This document shows positions 35,268 to 48,600 of a DNA stretch of 64,000 bases, piece by piece. Both the position numbers and the translations under genes were made by a program. This stretch comes from Takakia lepidozioides (Eukaryota > Plantae > Bryophyta): the NCBI GenBank assembly GCA_030704615.1, contig CM060734.1, forward strand, positions 15,314,001 to 15,378,000, read 5' to 3'. Each line of letters starts with the position of its first letter. Position 1 is the first letter of the stretch. The notes under the pieces are model-generated. The model was not told the DNA's origin and searched no databases. It saw only the letters and a list, made by a program, of their open reading frames with translations.

Positions 35268-36237
35268 TGTTAACCGTTGGTGGGGAACAACCAACATGTA
35301 GCCCAATGGTAAGGGCATATACCCTCTTACGAGTGTATTGAGCGGCTTTTACTCACCCATCCCTTAGCTATCTGAGGTGGGAACTCTAAGGTAGAAGAGT
35401 TAGAAATCTCTAAGTACTCAGCTCGCTCAGAACAATCAGTCATGACCTACACCTAGCGTATCATGTTGGTGTTTTCCTATTTCTATTCCTTCTTGCATTC
35501 AAGGTTTATTTAAGATACCTTACTGCCTAGAGTTACGAATCAAATTGCTTCTGCAATCTGCCAAGTCCCATCTTATATTTAGGTACACATTCCACAGCTT
35601 CTCTTAGGTCTCTCTACACGGTGTGAGTACGAAGTATGTATCGTATTTATAACTAACAAGCATCAGGCCGAAGCCATGGTGTCTCTAAATCTACTCTATA
35701 GTATCATCTCTACAGCTTGCAGGTATGAAGCTCCCTCCGTCGTCTCTCTCCTCCTCCGCATCTCGCCCGTGTACTCCCAGTCCATGCGCCCCAGAAATGA
35801 TCCGCCTTCCGTAGCTAGTCCCTCCTTTCTACCCGCAAGCTGTTCTAACCGTCTAACTAACTGTTATTACTCTAATCGTCGGTCACATCAGCACGATCTG
35901 TACTATTGTTCCCTATATTGATGACGTACCGCGTTCCCGTTCCTTTTCTGTGATAACAGCACCATGTGACCTGTGTGAGGTTGTGTGGAGCTGTGACCAC
36001 TCAGTAATAAGGGTCACAGCTGTCGTACCCCGTACCTGTGATAGCCTGCCCTAGCCCGTGCGGACCTGTGTCCCTCCTGCCCTGAGACCTGCGCAAGTCT
36101 GTGACTGCCGCACAGTAAGACCTGTGTGGGCCTGTGTGGGCATGTGTTGACTCATAGCAGCAGAGCCATGTCTGTGCAAAATTAAGGGTACCCCACAGAA
36201 CTTGTAAATCATCTAAGTCCCAGACAGCCCTGTAACA
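35268..36237 (-). repeat. LTR (TGTTACAG...TTAACA) related to the LTR at 53975-54923
   Basis: Shared blocks GCGGCTTTTACTCACCCATCCCTT...AGAACAATCAGTCATGACCT and TAAGGGTACCCC...CTAAGTCCCAGA. Confidence 0.85.
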
Positions 36238-36889
36238 TTACCCCCCCCCCCTCTCAAAAAGTTGTGCCCTCACGGTTTACTGCATGGGGCCAACAAACCT
36301 ATGAAATTGGGCATCTGTACGCTGATGAAAATCTTTATGAGGGCTCTGCATATGAGCCCGAGCCTTGTCTTTGGCTGGTGGGGATGGTTGTCGACTTGCT
36401 GGAGCAGATTGTCCTGCCTTGGGATTATATGGTGGCAGTTTCTCATGCATAGGAGATCCTCGTCACCTCTTGTCCTCCATAACTTTCTCATAGTCCTCAG
36501 CCATGTCAAAGTTGTCATCCAATGATCCAATAAAAGTGTCAGAGTCACTGTCCCCCCGTTGGCCTTTCAGAGGCCACCTTCTTCGGAATCACAGGTAGTA
36601 TATTGGGTAACCCATGACTGCCCACCATGTTTGGTATATTATGTAACAGAACTTGAGCCACCTTCTGTCGGGCAAGTGTAGTATATGCCCGCAATTCCTC
36701 GTCTGTATAAGTGAATGGCATGCCCACGAGTTTGGAATGGGCAAGCCATTTCCTGGCCTCATGTCCCTTGGTGAAAATATGTTTGTGATCCCAGCACTAA
36801 AAGGAATCGTGTTTTTCCCAAATCGACTGGGTGTCCGAAACCACTCCGGGAACAACTTTACAGTCGGAGTTAGTACTGGAGAGTCGCAA

Positions 36890-39800
36890 TGGACAATGAC
36901 ATGATACTGCCAATATGACAACAGGAAAGTGTCCAAAAGAAGGTAATAGAGATGAGGAGTGTTTGCAATGCATGTGCAAACCTGCCAGCTTTGATGATGT
37001 CACCATGGACCTCTTTGCCCTTTTTCAGGGCTGCTAGGCTCGCACACGCATCTCCATTGCCACTGAGGCAAATGCGGCCTACCAGCATCTCTATCGGCTT
37101 GAGCACATAATGCCCCGCCTTGCTTCTAACCTCTACTTCTGTATTTGGACCCTGACGCCAGAAACGTTTGCAACAAGAGGACATGGGCCACGATTTGGTC
37201 TTCATCCTTCCGGCATTGCTTGCTCATATCTCTCCAAAGCCTCCATCTCGAGCGCTCCCTCTCCTAACACAGACAAATTTCTGCGAAGGGTATACTTAGT
37301 CTTCAACCCTTAGATCCCTTTATATCTGACGATTAAAACAACTTGCCAACCAGCGAGAGACTAAACCCTAATGTCTATGAGGGGCTAAAATACATCAAAA
37401 TATTCCACGTCATGAGCCACGTGGACATCCCAATTAAAAAATATAAAACTGAAATTATTAGGAATACGGATTTTGGTTTTCGAGTCGTTTCTCTAGTGCT
37501 TCAAACCACTTGTAGTTGCCGCTTTTTAAATTTTCTCTATTGACGTAATTGAATTAAATAGCCGCGATTATTGCTTCAACTTCGGAGTCATTGACCCAAC
37601 TTGTATCCGCCATCTGAAATGCCCCCGTGGGCCTATATTTTCACTCCAAACTAGATTCACTCAACTAGCTAACTTGCAGAATTCAACATGAAAAATTAGG
37701 GACGACTCTGATAACAGGGAAAACAGGCTGAAATGTGTTGAAGAAGGTGCCTTCGTTAGTGGTGCCTGGTTCTATCAATTGTGCTTCTGCCGCTGCTGTT
37801 TCCAGTTGACCATCTACCCATGCGGATCCACCCAACGAGCTAAAATACAGAATTCAACATGCAAATTCAGGGACGAGTCTGATGAGAGGGCAAAACAGGC
37901 TGAAATAGGCTGAAGAAGAAGGTGCCCTCACCACATTGTCCCCGACCTTGCATCATGACCCATGGGGGATTTCACGGGCCACTTTCTCGAACACTCGCTT
38001 TGCATCCTCAAAGCACCCACATTTGGCATACATGTCCACAAGGGTATTGTTCAGAATGACATCTGCATTCCAGCTTTGATGATGCAACCATGGACCTCTT
38101 TGCCCTTCTTCTGATATCTGCACATGAAGCGAAGGGTCAACCACTCCCCCGTTGGATAACACTCAAGGCAAGGATCGACAATATTAATACTCCTAGAAAT
38201 GAAACAAATCATTTACCTATTTCCATTCACTTGCTGCCACTCAATTTCATATGTATACAATGTGAGGATGGGGCTAGCCTGTGCACTTACAATATAAGAG
38301 ATTTTAGGAATACTGCAGTTATTCTTGCATCAATTTGAAGCCAAGTCAGCAGATGTAGAGACAAAGGTGATTACATTGGGCTTCCATCAATTTTCTGTCA
38401 ACTTTGATTGCAAATATGTGACATGTGTACCTGCAGACAGCGAACATAACGCTTGGTATAACCCGAGTCATTAAGTGAAGTGAAAGGCTCGCCCCTCCAT
38501 TTCGGGTTGTAGATGTTTGGTACTTCTGTGCAATTGCTGCCAACTGTGTCACCTACCCACCGCCAACACGCAAAAATGTATGAAGGGAGTCAACAATGAA
38601 CATCACAGATTGTTGTTTGCCAACAATGAAATAACAACAATATCAGTCTTGAGTGCTTTAATCTTGGTGATGGCGAGTGAGAAAGTGCTGGCCTCCAAGT
38701 CCTGTGGTCATCATAAGCTAACCATCACAGTAGCATATGGGTGTTGTGACAAGTCCTCTCTACATAATGAGAATGATAGATTCATGTTTGAGAAAGAGCC
38801 CAGTACCCGACATGAGTAACATATACATGCTAAAATGTGTCCCTGAGGTATTACAAATTTACTGACTGAGAATTCGAAGAAGCAGTACTGCATTGGCCAA
38901 ACCTGAGAATTAAGAATTGATTTCAAGCATCGCACTCCACGACACCACATCTCGTTCAGCCATAGTGTTGAACACTCCCTTTGCATCCTTGACGCACCCA
39001 CATTTTGCAAACACGTCCACCACAGTATTGTTCAGTATGACATTTGGTACAATTCCAGCTCTGAATGTTGCCATGTACCTCTTTCCCCTTTTCCAGAGCT
39101 GCCAGGGCAATGTTCATAATGACATTTGGTACAATTCCAGCTTTGATGATATCCCCATGCACCTCTTTGCCCTTGTCCAGAGCTTGATGCACCCACATTT
39201 TGCATACATGTCCACCAGGGTATTGTTCAGAATGACATTTGGTACAATTCCAGCTCTGAAGGTGTCGCCATGGACCTCTTTCCCCTTTTCCAAAGCTGCC
39301 AGGGTAGTGTTCAGAATGACATTTGGTACAATTCCAGCTTTGACGATATCCCCATGCACCTCTTTGCCCTTCTCCAGGGCTGCCAGGCTTGCACAAGCAT
39401 TGCAAATGCACACAAACATGATGTGGCCGGGCTTCACCCCTTCCCCCATCATTTGCTCATAGGTCTCCAAAGCCTCCATCCCACGTCCCTACTGTGCATA
39501 CCCTGCAAGCATCGCACTCCACGACACCACATCTCGTTCAACCATAGTGTTGAACACTCCCTTTGCATCCTCGATGCACCCACATTTTACAAACCTGTCC
39601 ACCACGGTCTTGTTCAAAATGACATTTGGTAAAATTCCAGCTCTGAAGATGTCGTCATGTACCTCCTTCCCCTTTTCCAGAGGTGCTAGGGCAGTGTTCA
39701 AAATGCCATTTTGTACAATTCTAGCTTTGATGATATCCCCATGCACCTCTTTGCCCTTCTCCAGGGCTACCAAGCTTGCTCAAGCATTGCAAATGCACAC

Positions 39801-40790
39801 AAACATGATGTGGTCGGGCTTCACCCCTTCCCCCATCATTTGCTCATAGGTCTCCAAAGCCTCCACCCCGCGCCCGTGCTGTGCATATCCTGCAGTTATT
39901 GCACTCCACGATACCAATTTTCATTTAGCCATATTGTTGAACACTGCCTTTGCATCCTTGATGCACCCACATTTGGCATACATGTCCACCAGGGCAGTCT
40001 TCAGAATGACATATGATACAATTCCAGCTTTGATGATTCACCATGGACCTCTTTCCTCTTTTCCAGGGCTCCCAGGCTTGCACACACATTGCAAACAAAA
40101 ACAAATGTGATTTGGTTGGGCTTCACCCCTTCGCGCAGCATTCGCTCGTATGTCTCAGCCAAAGCATTCCTACCACACCCATGCTTGGTAAATCCTGCCA
40201 ACATTGTATTCCACATGATCAAAGATCGTTGAGGCATTCCGTTGAACACTTGGTGAGCATTCATGATGCTCCCGCACTTAACATATATGTTGACAAAGGT
40301 GTTGAGGAGAAAAACACTCGGCATGAATCCACTTTGGATAATGTGGGTGTGCACCTGCTTTCCAGCTTCCAGACCTTTCATCTTGATGCACTTAAGCAAG
40401 AGACATACACACATATCTGAATCTACTGAAATGCTCCTTGGTTAAGGTCTGTAGAGCCTCTTTCAGTCTGTCTGCCTCACAAAGCATCTTCACATGCCCA
40501 GAGCCAGAAGAGGCATTATGGACTCCCTCTCTTGATCCTCTTTCAGAAGCCAACGAGCTAACTTACAAAATTCAATATGCGTCTCAGGGCCGAGTCTGAT
40601 GAGAGGGAAAAACAAGCTGAAATAGGTTGAAGAAGAAGGTGCCCTCACCACATTGTCCTCCACCTTGTGTCATGGCCCATGGAGGATTTGACTTACCATC
40701 AACCCAGAAGGACCTCTTGTGTGTGTTGCTTGTGTCTGTAGTCAGATAATGTCGGATTGGTCTGTGAGAACCAACACAGTGCAGCTGAGC
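36890..40790 (-). pseudogene. Cluster 2 of PLS-class PPR pseudogene fragments with PDF-motif exons; the best-preserved PPR array is 38925-40550
   Basis: HVKMLCEADRLKEAL...GKQVHTHIIQSGF...YVKCGS, then repeated P-L-S units; PDF exon TNPTLSDYRHKQ...WVDGKSNPPW at about 40650-40762. Confidence 0.88.
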
Positions 40791-42319
40791 AGGGCTCAGG
40801 ACTCCATCCTTTGCCCACCAGTAGCATAATGGGCATTTGCAGGATTGGGTGGATCAAAAGCGGCACATGTTGAGTCCATTGGAAGTCCATGGAATTTTTT
40901 TTTTTGAGTCTATTGCTTTCAGTTTATTTTCTTTAAAAAAAATAGTAGTATACATAACATTTTTAGTAAAGAGTCCATCCTAAAATATTGAAAACATTCT
41001 TTACTAGATATTTTAATCTTTAATTTGAAAAAACATTTAGACGTCAAAATCTAGAGTTTACAACCACTTGTCCATATACCACCTGGCATCTCTAGAGCCG
41101 CACGGCCTTCTTGTATCATTGGAGGTGCTGCCAGTGGGCCTATGAGGATTGCATCGGGTGTACGTACATGCCTGAGAGGATTCCATTGCAAACAGTGTAT
41201 GGGGACATTCTCATAAGCTACGAGGATGAGTCCTATGGGCATAGAGTCTCCACAGCAAAGATCTCCATTTACGATGGTGCATATATCGGAGGACATGACA
41301 CCGTTGTCCACTACACCAAAGGGGAGCGGGCTGCATCCATTGTCTTCACCTACCGACACCCTGTCAGTCATGAGCTTGTTGAGAGGCCAATCGAGGTTCC
41401 AGCTTCTTGGTGAGAACAGTGCAACACGGGAGCAAATTCCCAACTTAGCTGAGCATGGATTGCATGCGTACAAAATTTATATGTACCATGGGTTTCTAAC
41501 TACAATAGGTATGTGTACCTGTTAGATTGCAAAAACAATCATGTACCAAAGAGCCATGGACTTTTAAAGTTGATTACTCACGTGGAGTGCAGATGTTACA
41601 CATAAAATCTTATGGACTGAGAAAACATCATGTACATTCATACAATGGCACAAAGGAAAACACACTAGGGGTGCCATTTTTAAATCCAAACCAAATCCAC
41701 TTTTATATGGACTAGTTATCTTAGGAATTGAGAGCTATGGACTATTTTGCACCTAAAAACAGGTTGATTTGCTCTAGTCCATAGCATCTTATGTTTTGGG
41801 TTTCTGAGGTGTCGTCTTTTACTTGTTCCATGCAGGCGGATACTGTAGATCAACGATTCGCAGGCACCAAAGCCGCGCAAGCCCGTCCCCGCGAGGCTGA
41901 TCATGGAAGTCAGGAAGGTACTCAAGAGCGGACAGGTGGACCCTCCTCTGCTGAGAGTGGTCTATCCAATCTTGCAGGAATATGAAAATGTCCCCTGACT
42001 TGGGCGAGAAGTCCCACGGGGTGAGATGCTTGTTAGGGCAATTGCTGGGATCCCGGCACGCCATCGCCGAGTATTCAAAGGGCTACCAGGAAGCAGAGAG
42101 GGTGCGCATGGAAGTGGGAGTGTGGGAGGAGAGGAAGTGAGAGGAGCTCGGAGCGAGGAACTGGTGTTGCTGTCTCGGTTCGAAACGCAGTGGGTGACGA
42201 GGGAATTTGGACACGTGGCAAAAGCGCAGCATTTAATATGCCCGTATCCGGGAATGAGGCGCAACATTTACTTCGTGGTCGGCTCCATAAAACCGATCAT
42301 CCCGAGAAAGACCTCCAGG

Positions 42320-43400
42320 GTAGGAGATGGCGCCAACATGTTCATCCAAGTCCATCCTAGGATGGAAAAACGGCGCCGAATTTCCATGTGTGTCTCATGG
42401 AGTCGTGTTGGGGGGAGAGGGCTCCACGTGGATGCCAGAGTTCATCCCCCGGATGGAAAAATGGCGCCGAATTTCCATCCGAGGGGGCTGGGATGAAGTC
42501 GTCTCGGGGGGGAGAGGCCGACACGGGGCTGCTAGAGTTCATCCATGGAAAAATGGCGCCAAATTTCCATCCGAATTTCAGTCGTTACTTCACCTTTTTC
42601 GAGTTTTTTTGTATAATCTGACCCTGAACATACAGTTTTCTCCCTCCGGACCACTTTTTGTGTACGTTATCCCTACAAATTTCATCCACTGGATGGAAAT
42701 TTGGCGCTATTTTTCCATCCGAGGGCGCTCCGACTTATCCTGCCGATGGAAATTCGGCGCCGGTTTTCCATCCGAGGGAGCTCCGACTTCAACTTGCAGA
42801 TGGAAATTCGGTGTCGGTTTTCCATCAAAGCGCCTGTGCATGACTACGTCTCGGTTGGAGGGAGGGCCACGTGGCGCTCCTACTTCATCCGCCAGATGGA
42901 AATTCAGCGCCATTTTTCCATCTAGGGGATTGTGGATGAGGACGTCTCGGGGGGAGGGAGTGCCAGTTGGCACTCGGTCTTCATCCGCTGGATGGGAATT
43001 TGGCGCCGTTTTTCCATGCAGCGGCTTGTGGATGATGCCATTAGGGGTGGAGCGAGCTCCACGTGGCGCTCCTACTTCATCCGCCGGATGGAAATTCGGC
43101 ACCGTTTTTCCATCCAGGGGATTGTGGATGAGGACGTCTCGGGGGGAGGGAGTACCAGTTGGCACTCGGTCTTCATCCATTCGGCGCCGTTTTTCCATCC
43201 AAGGGATTCTGGATGAGGACGTCTCGGGGGGAGGGAGTTCCACTTGGCGCTCCTACTTCATCCGCCGGATGGAAATTCGGCACCGTTTTTCCATCCAAGG
43301 GATTGTGAATGAGGATGTCTCGGGGGGAGGGAGTGCCAGTTGGCGCTCCGACTTCATCCGTTGGATGGAAATTCGGCGCCGTTTTTCCATCCAGCGGACT
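42320..43400. repeat. Array of about 12 imperfect 30-bp palindromes (GGATGGAAATTCGGCGCCGTTTTTCCATCC) within ~53-97 bp units
   Basis: Three copies (42361, 42451, 42544) in one orientation and about nine (42691-43390) in the other. Confidence 0.9.
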
Positions 43401-45632
43401 GTCGATGAAGTCTCGGGTGGAAGTTGGGACAGGTGGCGAGCTCCATACCTATGACATTGAAGGGCGCCGACCAGCATTCATTGTCCGCAACCGTTGGTTT
43501 TGAACAGGACGTTCCGCACGGATTCCGCGCTGCCTTCTCGGATACGCATGGAACCCCTGACGTGACGGGTGGATGCAGTTCCACTCGAGGCCTGTACGCA
43601 CGCATTCTGTGGGAGATTTTTCTGTTACTCGGACTTATGCCGCATGGAGTAGGTCTTGGCTCTCCTGAGAGAAACCCCACATCCAGACCGCGGCGCAAAC
43701 TCAAACCTTTGTACTACGGGACGCGTCCAACGTCTCGCATGGCCAAACTGAAGCTCCAGCAGGAGATCCCCTTGTCTTGCTCACAACCCGTGCCAACTGA
43801 AGCCGAGCACTCTCAGGCGAGCCCCTGCTTCCTCCTCTCTATGTAGCATGTGTGGTCGTCTGATTGGCTTTGTTTTGTTTGTTTTGGCATCCTTCTACAT
43901 GTGCTTCTGCGTGTGTTTTTAAGCCTTTACTTGGTTTTTCTTTCATGGTTGTTCCATGCCACTCCCTACTCTGCAGTGTAGGTGGGGACCTACTTCCCCT
44001 AAACCTGGCAGTTGGATTGAGCTGTCTGAAGCAAGGTTGCTCGAGCTCCACGGCTGGTTGATGTCCCATTGCCCGGAGGGCAATTTCATGTGGAGGAAAG
44101 TGACTTGAGGACGAGTAGGAGGGGCTGGTATGGACTTATGGACGAGAGCCCAAGTGGAGGGCGCCGCATAGAGTACCATTACTTGAGTCGATAGAGCATC
44201 CCAAGAACTCTCACATTGAAAGGTTGATCCCATCTTACCATTTCACCATTTATGTATGTGATTCATTTATTTTCCAGGCAAAGCTTGAAGTTGAAATTAG
44301 GCCCTCAAAAGAGGAGTGTGCATTGTGGAACCGCAGTCTGACAGTCATTGGCAGCAGTCTGCGGACCACGTGCTTCGCATTTTCGGGTCGCCAAAGCGCA
44401 CTAGAAGAAAAAACAGCTTTTTCCACGGCTTTTTTCACACTTTTTTCCGTGGAATCCGCCCCAGTCCACACCTGCCGTGGGTGTAAGAAATGACGAGTGC
44501 TTTTGGACACCCCATGGACGGCCTGGCTCTCGGGTGGCCCTGTGGAGAAGTCCACGGGTGGCCTTTTTCACGGGGTTCATGGCTTTTTCCACGAGCGACG
44601 TGTGCTTTGGCAAACACCACCACGTGGATCATAGATGTACAAAGGTGTGGACTTGTCCACACCTACGGGAAAACCATGCGACTGCCTGTCACCAGGGTTT
44701 CACGACATCTGGGCAACGGTGTGTGCAACACGTGTATTTTTGTGGGGATGACACGTGTATGGAGACAAAGAGGAGATGTGCACTTATGTGGAGCGGACAT
44801 CTGGCGTGGCATGTGGGTGTGAAAAAAGCCATTCGGTGTGAGACCATCCACTGGCTGTTTTCACAACTTCAGCAAGTTTGGGGGCCACATGTTCCGTGGC
44901 AAACACCGCCACGTGGATCCTAAACATACAAAGGGTGGGACTTGTCCACACCTACGGGAAAATGATGCGACACCCTGTACCTGGGCTTGACGACATGTGG
45001 GCAACGGTATGGGCAACGCGTGTATTTTGGAGAGGACGGCACGTGGCGTAATCTGCATGGAGTGGGTGTGTAGTATTTTACTGCCTATACTGTAGGTCAT
45101 TCCACATAGCCACAGGAGCATACCATAGTGGGTCTGAAATATTCTACTGCTGATGTTGTAGGTCATTCCACAAAAATGTGGAAGATGCCACAGGCAAGCT
45201 ACGGTTGATTTCACATATTGTGACGTCATGGTGTGCACAATTATTCCATAGGCATCATGATCATATCACAAATCGTGATACTGTCCACACTGTCAGTTTC
45301 ACAGTCCATGTGAAATATGACTCATATACATAAACACAATTCCAAAGCACTGCGGCAACAACCTGCTCATGACATGTACAATTGACTAAGCATGGCCAGA
45401 ACAATAGAAAGAATGACCAGATGCAAGGGTGCTTCAAAGTTGGGTGCGCCCCTTCATTGCCCAAATAAAGTTTAGTCTGAACATGCAAGTATTTGCAGAG
45501 TCTGCACTGCTGATCACAACCCCACAATGTACCCAAATCCTACATTGATGCGCACAATAACGAAAAAAGGTGAAATTGATATGAAGCGGCGTTCAGTCAA
45601 AATTGCCTTCAAATTGAGGATCCCCCACAACC

Positions 45633-48600
45633 TCATGTTCGGGTCAGTTTGAGGAACTTGGCAGACCACAGGGCCGTGCTGCCTACAGTGTCACTGAGCA
45701 TCACAATGGGAGGCCTAACATCATTGTTGGGGTATGGTAGAGCAACATCTGCCCCATGTACTGATTCAACCGAGACAACATGATAATCGGCATGAACGAC
45801 ATAAGCCAGCCAGTCAGTCGACATGCCCAATATATGGCCCACGCCTGCCTTCCGTTTGGGTGCATTGGGGTCAAACATTGTGACCTTGTCACCAACCTGA
45901 AACTGGGACAGCCAACACCACCAATGTGTGCCCTTGTCATTTGTTATGCACATGCAACAGTTATGGACAGGGAAAACGCGAGATGCCATCATATAGCCCT
46001 ACAAACAAAATACGGATGTACTTCCACGAAGGAAAACTTACAACAAGTGTCGGCGCTTTGAAGCTTCCCATACGGCTCCCATCAACGTTGCTGGCAGCAA
46101 GTCTTGCGGACTTCTTCCTATTCTCCGCAACAATTTCCCTTGGTGGCTTCTGAATCAATAGAAACCCACACATGTACACAGAAGTCATGAACGGCCTGCA
46201 GGTATTGCATAATCGACTTGGAACAGCACAAGAATATAGGAACACAAGTACTTACCTTCCGTACAACGGCCAATTTTGTTGTTGAATCAATGTTCTTCCC
46301 TGCCCCAACAATAACCACTCCTGTGCCCTTGCCCCTGCCCCTATGTCTTGGGCACTCTGTCTAAGTTCACTGCCGGTGTGATCCTCCAGTACAGGCACTC
46401 CCTTCTCAATAAGGGGGGATAGGTCATCATTGGCACCATAATTAAGGCAAGGATCGTCACATGCCATGTTCTGAACTTTGTCCTCACCGTGGCATCTTCT
46501 TCCACAATACTACTGCCCCCTTTCCTTTGTCCACTGCCTCCACTGCTAGGGCTGCTCACTTGTACTTGTCATTCCACAGTAGTCGCAGGTGGGACACACC
46601 ACGAACAGGGGGCGACAACTCACACACAATGTTTGATGTTGATGGAGATTCATCCCTCGGCAGGTCCAAACCGAGCTTCGCTGCCAATGCCATGTTGAAC
46701 TTGTCTGTCTTAGATACTGCAGCGGCAAACATGGATTTCATTACCTGCAATTCCAATTTGTGCTCCATTGAGCTGGCCTCCATTGTATGTTTCCATCCTT
46801 CCAAGCCATCAAGCCGAGAAGCCAATGCTCCAAGGCCCTGCCACAAAAAGGGTGCAAATACGATTCAATACATCTATCGCACTAGCCATGCGAGGTAATT
46901 TATTGGACAACAACACAGGAAGGCAAAACCATAAATAATTGACAAGCACATCATTGCAACAAATGCAGGTGGGTTAGTTACTTACAGATCGGGTGGCCCC
47001 TGCTGAATCAGAACCATACCCCTTGTTGCTATTCTCTCCCAAAATTTCGGATAGAAGTGGAGGACGACCACTTGTCTTAGCCTACACATGGACAGGATAT
47101 GGGAATATTAGTGCCATCCTCTAAGATGTACTCATAAGACGTTGTTTGCCGTAGCCTTGTGGCCATTGACCCCGCGCCCAGTTTGAGCGGGAAAAAAAGG
47201 GACAGAACCTACCTCTGTCAGGGGCTGACGTTGGTAGTAAGACTTACCTCCATATAAAGAATTAATCTGGGTTTTCCAAATATCCTCCAGAAATCCCTTC
47301 ATACAAGCATCAATCTGCTGTGTGTGATTTGCCCAAAAACTAGGCCTCAGGAGGGCCTGGGCTTTTGGCTCAGCCTCGAGACTTTCAAAGTTGGTAAACA
47401 GGGGTACAGGCACAATTCCCTTAATAAATTTGAAGAGAGCGTCTCTTTGGTGAGAGAACCCCGGACAGTGTATCAGAAAATGAATATTGTCTTCAGATTG
47501 CCCACACAACGGGCAATTGCACTCTCCCTTTCCTCTCTGCTTCTGTTTGCTGTTCAAAGGTAGGCTTCCTGCCTTGAGTTTAAATTTCAGTCTAGTGCCG
47601 AGAGTGGGTAGACCCTTGAGGTCATCCAAGATGTCCTCCCCCATGTCACAGACTGGAAACAAGTTCAGGGAAGTTTTCTGCCTAACTTCATTTTCATCAG
47701 ACAATCTCATGGCAACAGACATGGCTGAGGACACTACAGCCTCCAAGTCAGATTTATCCAGCAGGGTCAAGACTTGCGGATCCAGGTCCAGGTCCTTGAG
47801 GATCTCTTCTACTCTCTTCTGCCAGGACTTAGCCTGTTTGACAGGGCGGTCCTATTTCCAAGATAGAGAGTCGATTAACTTAGGATATCTAGTGTTGGGC
47901 ATATGTTGCAGCTGACCCCACCATCTGACCTTGAATTCATCTCGTTGGGAGCTTAAGGACGGAATGCCAAACTCACCCCGAACAGCCACATTGGCTGTTT
48001 TGGAGCATGCTGACATACACTCCTTAAGCACCCCCACTTGAATGGATTCTAGAGACTTAGCCTGGTTGGAGTTATCAACCCATATAGCAGATCCGTACTC
48101 CAAGGTAGGTCTAATAATGCGACAAAGCATGGTTTTCTTAACCTCAGAGTTGACCCCTCTGCAGTGGAAAAATTTAGTGAGCCCCAGAGCTTTGCCCTTG
48201 CCAGTTTGAACAACTTTCCGGATATGTGCATCCCAATTACAATTGGAGGAGAACTCAACGCCCAGGTAAGTGTAGGAAGGGAGGACCGGGATCTCTTGGC
48301 TACCCCACTGCCACTTAAGATCACTTCCTCCCTCTCCTCTGTCGTTGAATGCTACCACTGCACATTTGCTGACATTAGCCTCTAGCCCCCAAAGATCAAA
48401 GTATCTCTTCGCGCAATCAATCAACTCCTGGAGATTGGTTGGAGTCTCCCCTATGCCTGCGAAGTCATCCGCAAACATAAGGGCTGGTATGGTGGTATCA
48501 CCCACCCTTAACCCAAATCCCTCACTTTCCACATCCTCGAGGAGTTGATTGATGAAAACATTGAAGAGCAGAGGGGAGAGAGTACATCCTTGAGCTACAC

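Larger units (their letters stand above)
27722..36880 (-). mobile_element. LTR retrotransposon B2 (gag N-terminus, upstream ORF, PBS, LTR, then the PPT and 3' internal part of an adjoining element), interrupted by the chromovirus
   Basis: 27722-28820 and 35164-35265 are colinear with B1 12040-13273; LTR 35268-36237; purine tract at 36241-36255 on the minus strand. Confidence 0.82.

Noticed and set aside
38120-38920. Possible captured host exons between PPR fragments
   Set aside because: Only short frames with no recognisable motif; no product can be supported.
38925-40550. Functional RNA-editing PPR gene
   Set aside because: In-frame stops and frameshifts are present and no E or DYW domain follows.
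41663-41680. CACTAG as a CACTA terminus
   Set aside because: It lacks the A-rich TIR continuation and subterminal repeats seen at 24873 and 44399.
41051-42300. Short ORFs, for example 41111-41413
   Set aside because: No recognisable domain or boundaries; left unassigned.
42327-43454. 375-aa ORF and overlapping ORFs
   Set aside because: They coincide with the palindromic repeat array, are open on both strands, and show no domain motifs.
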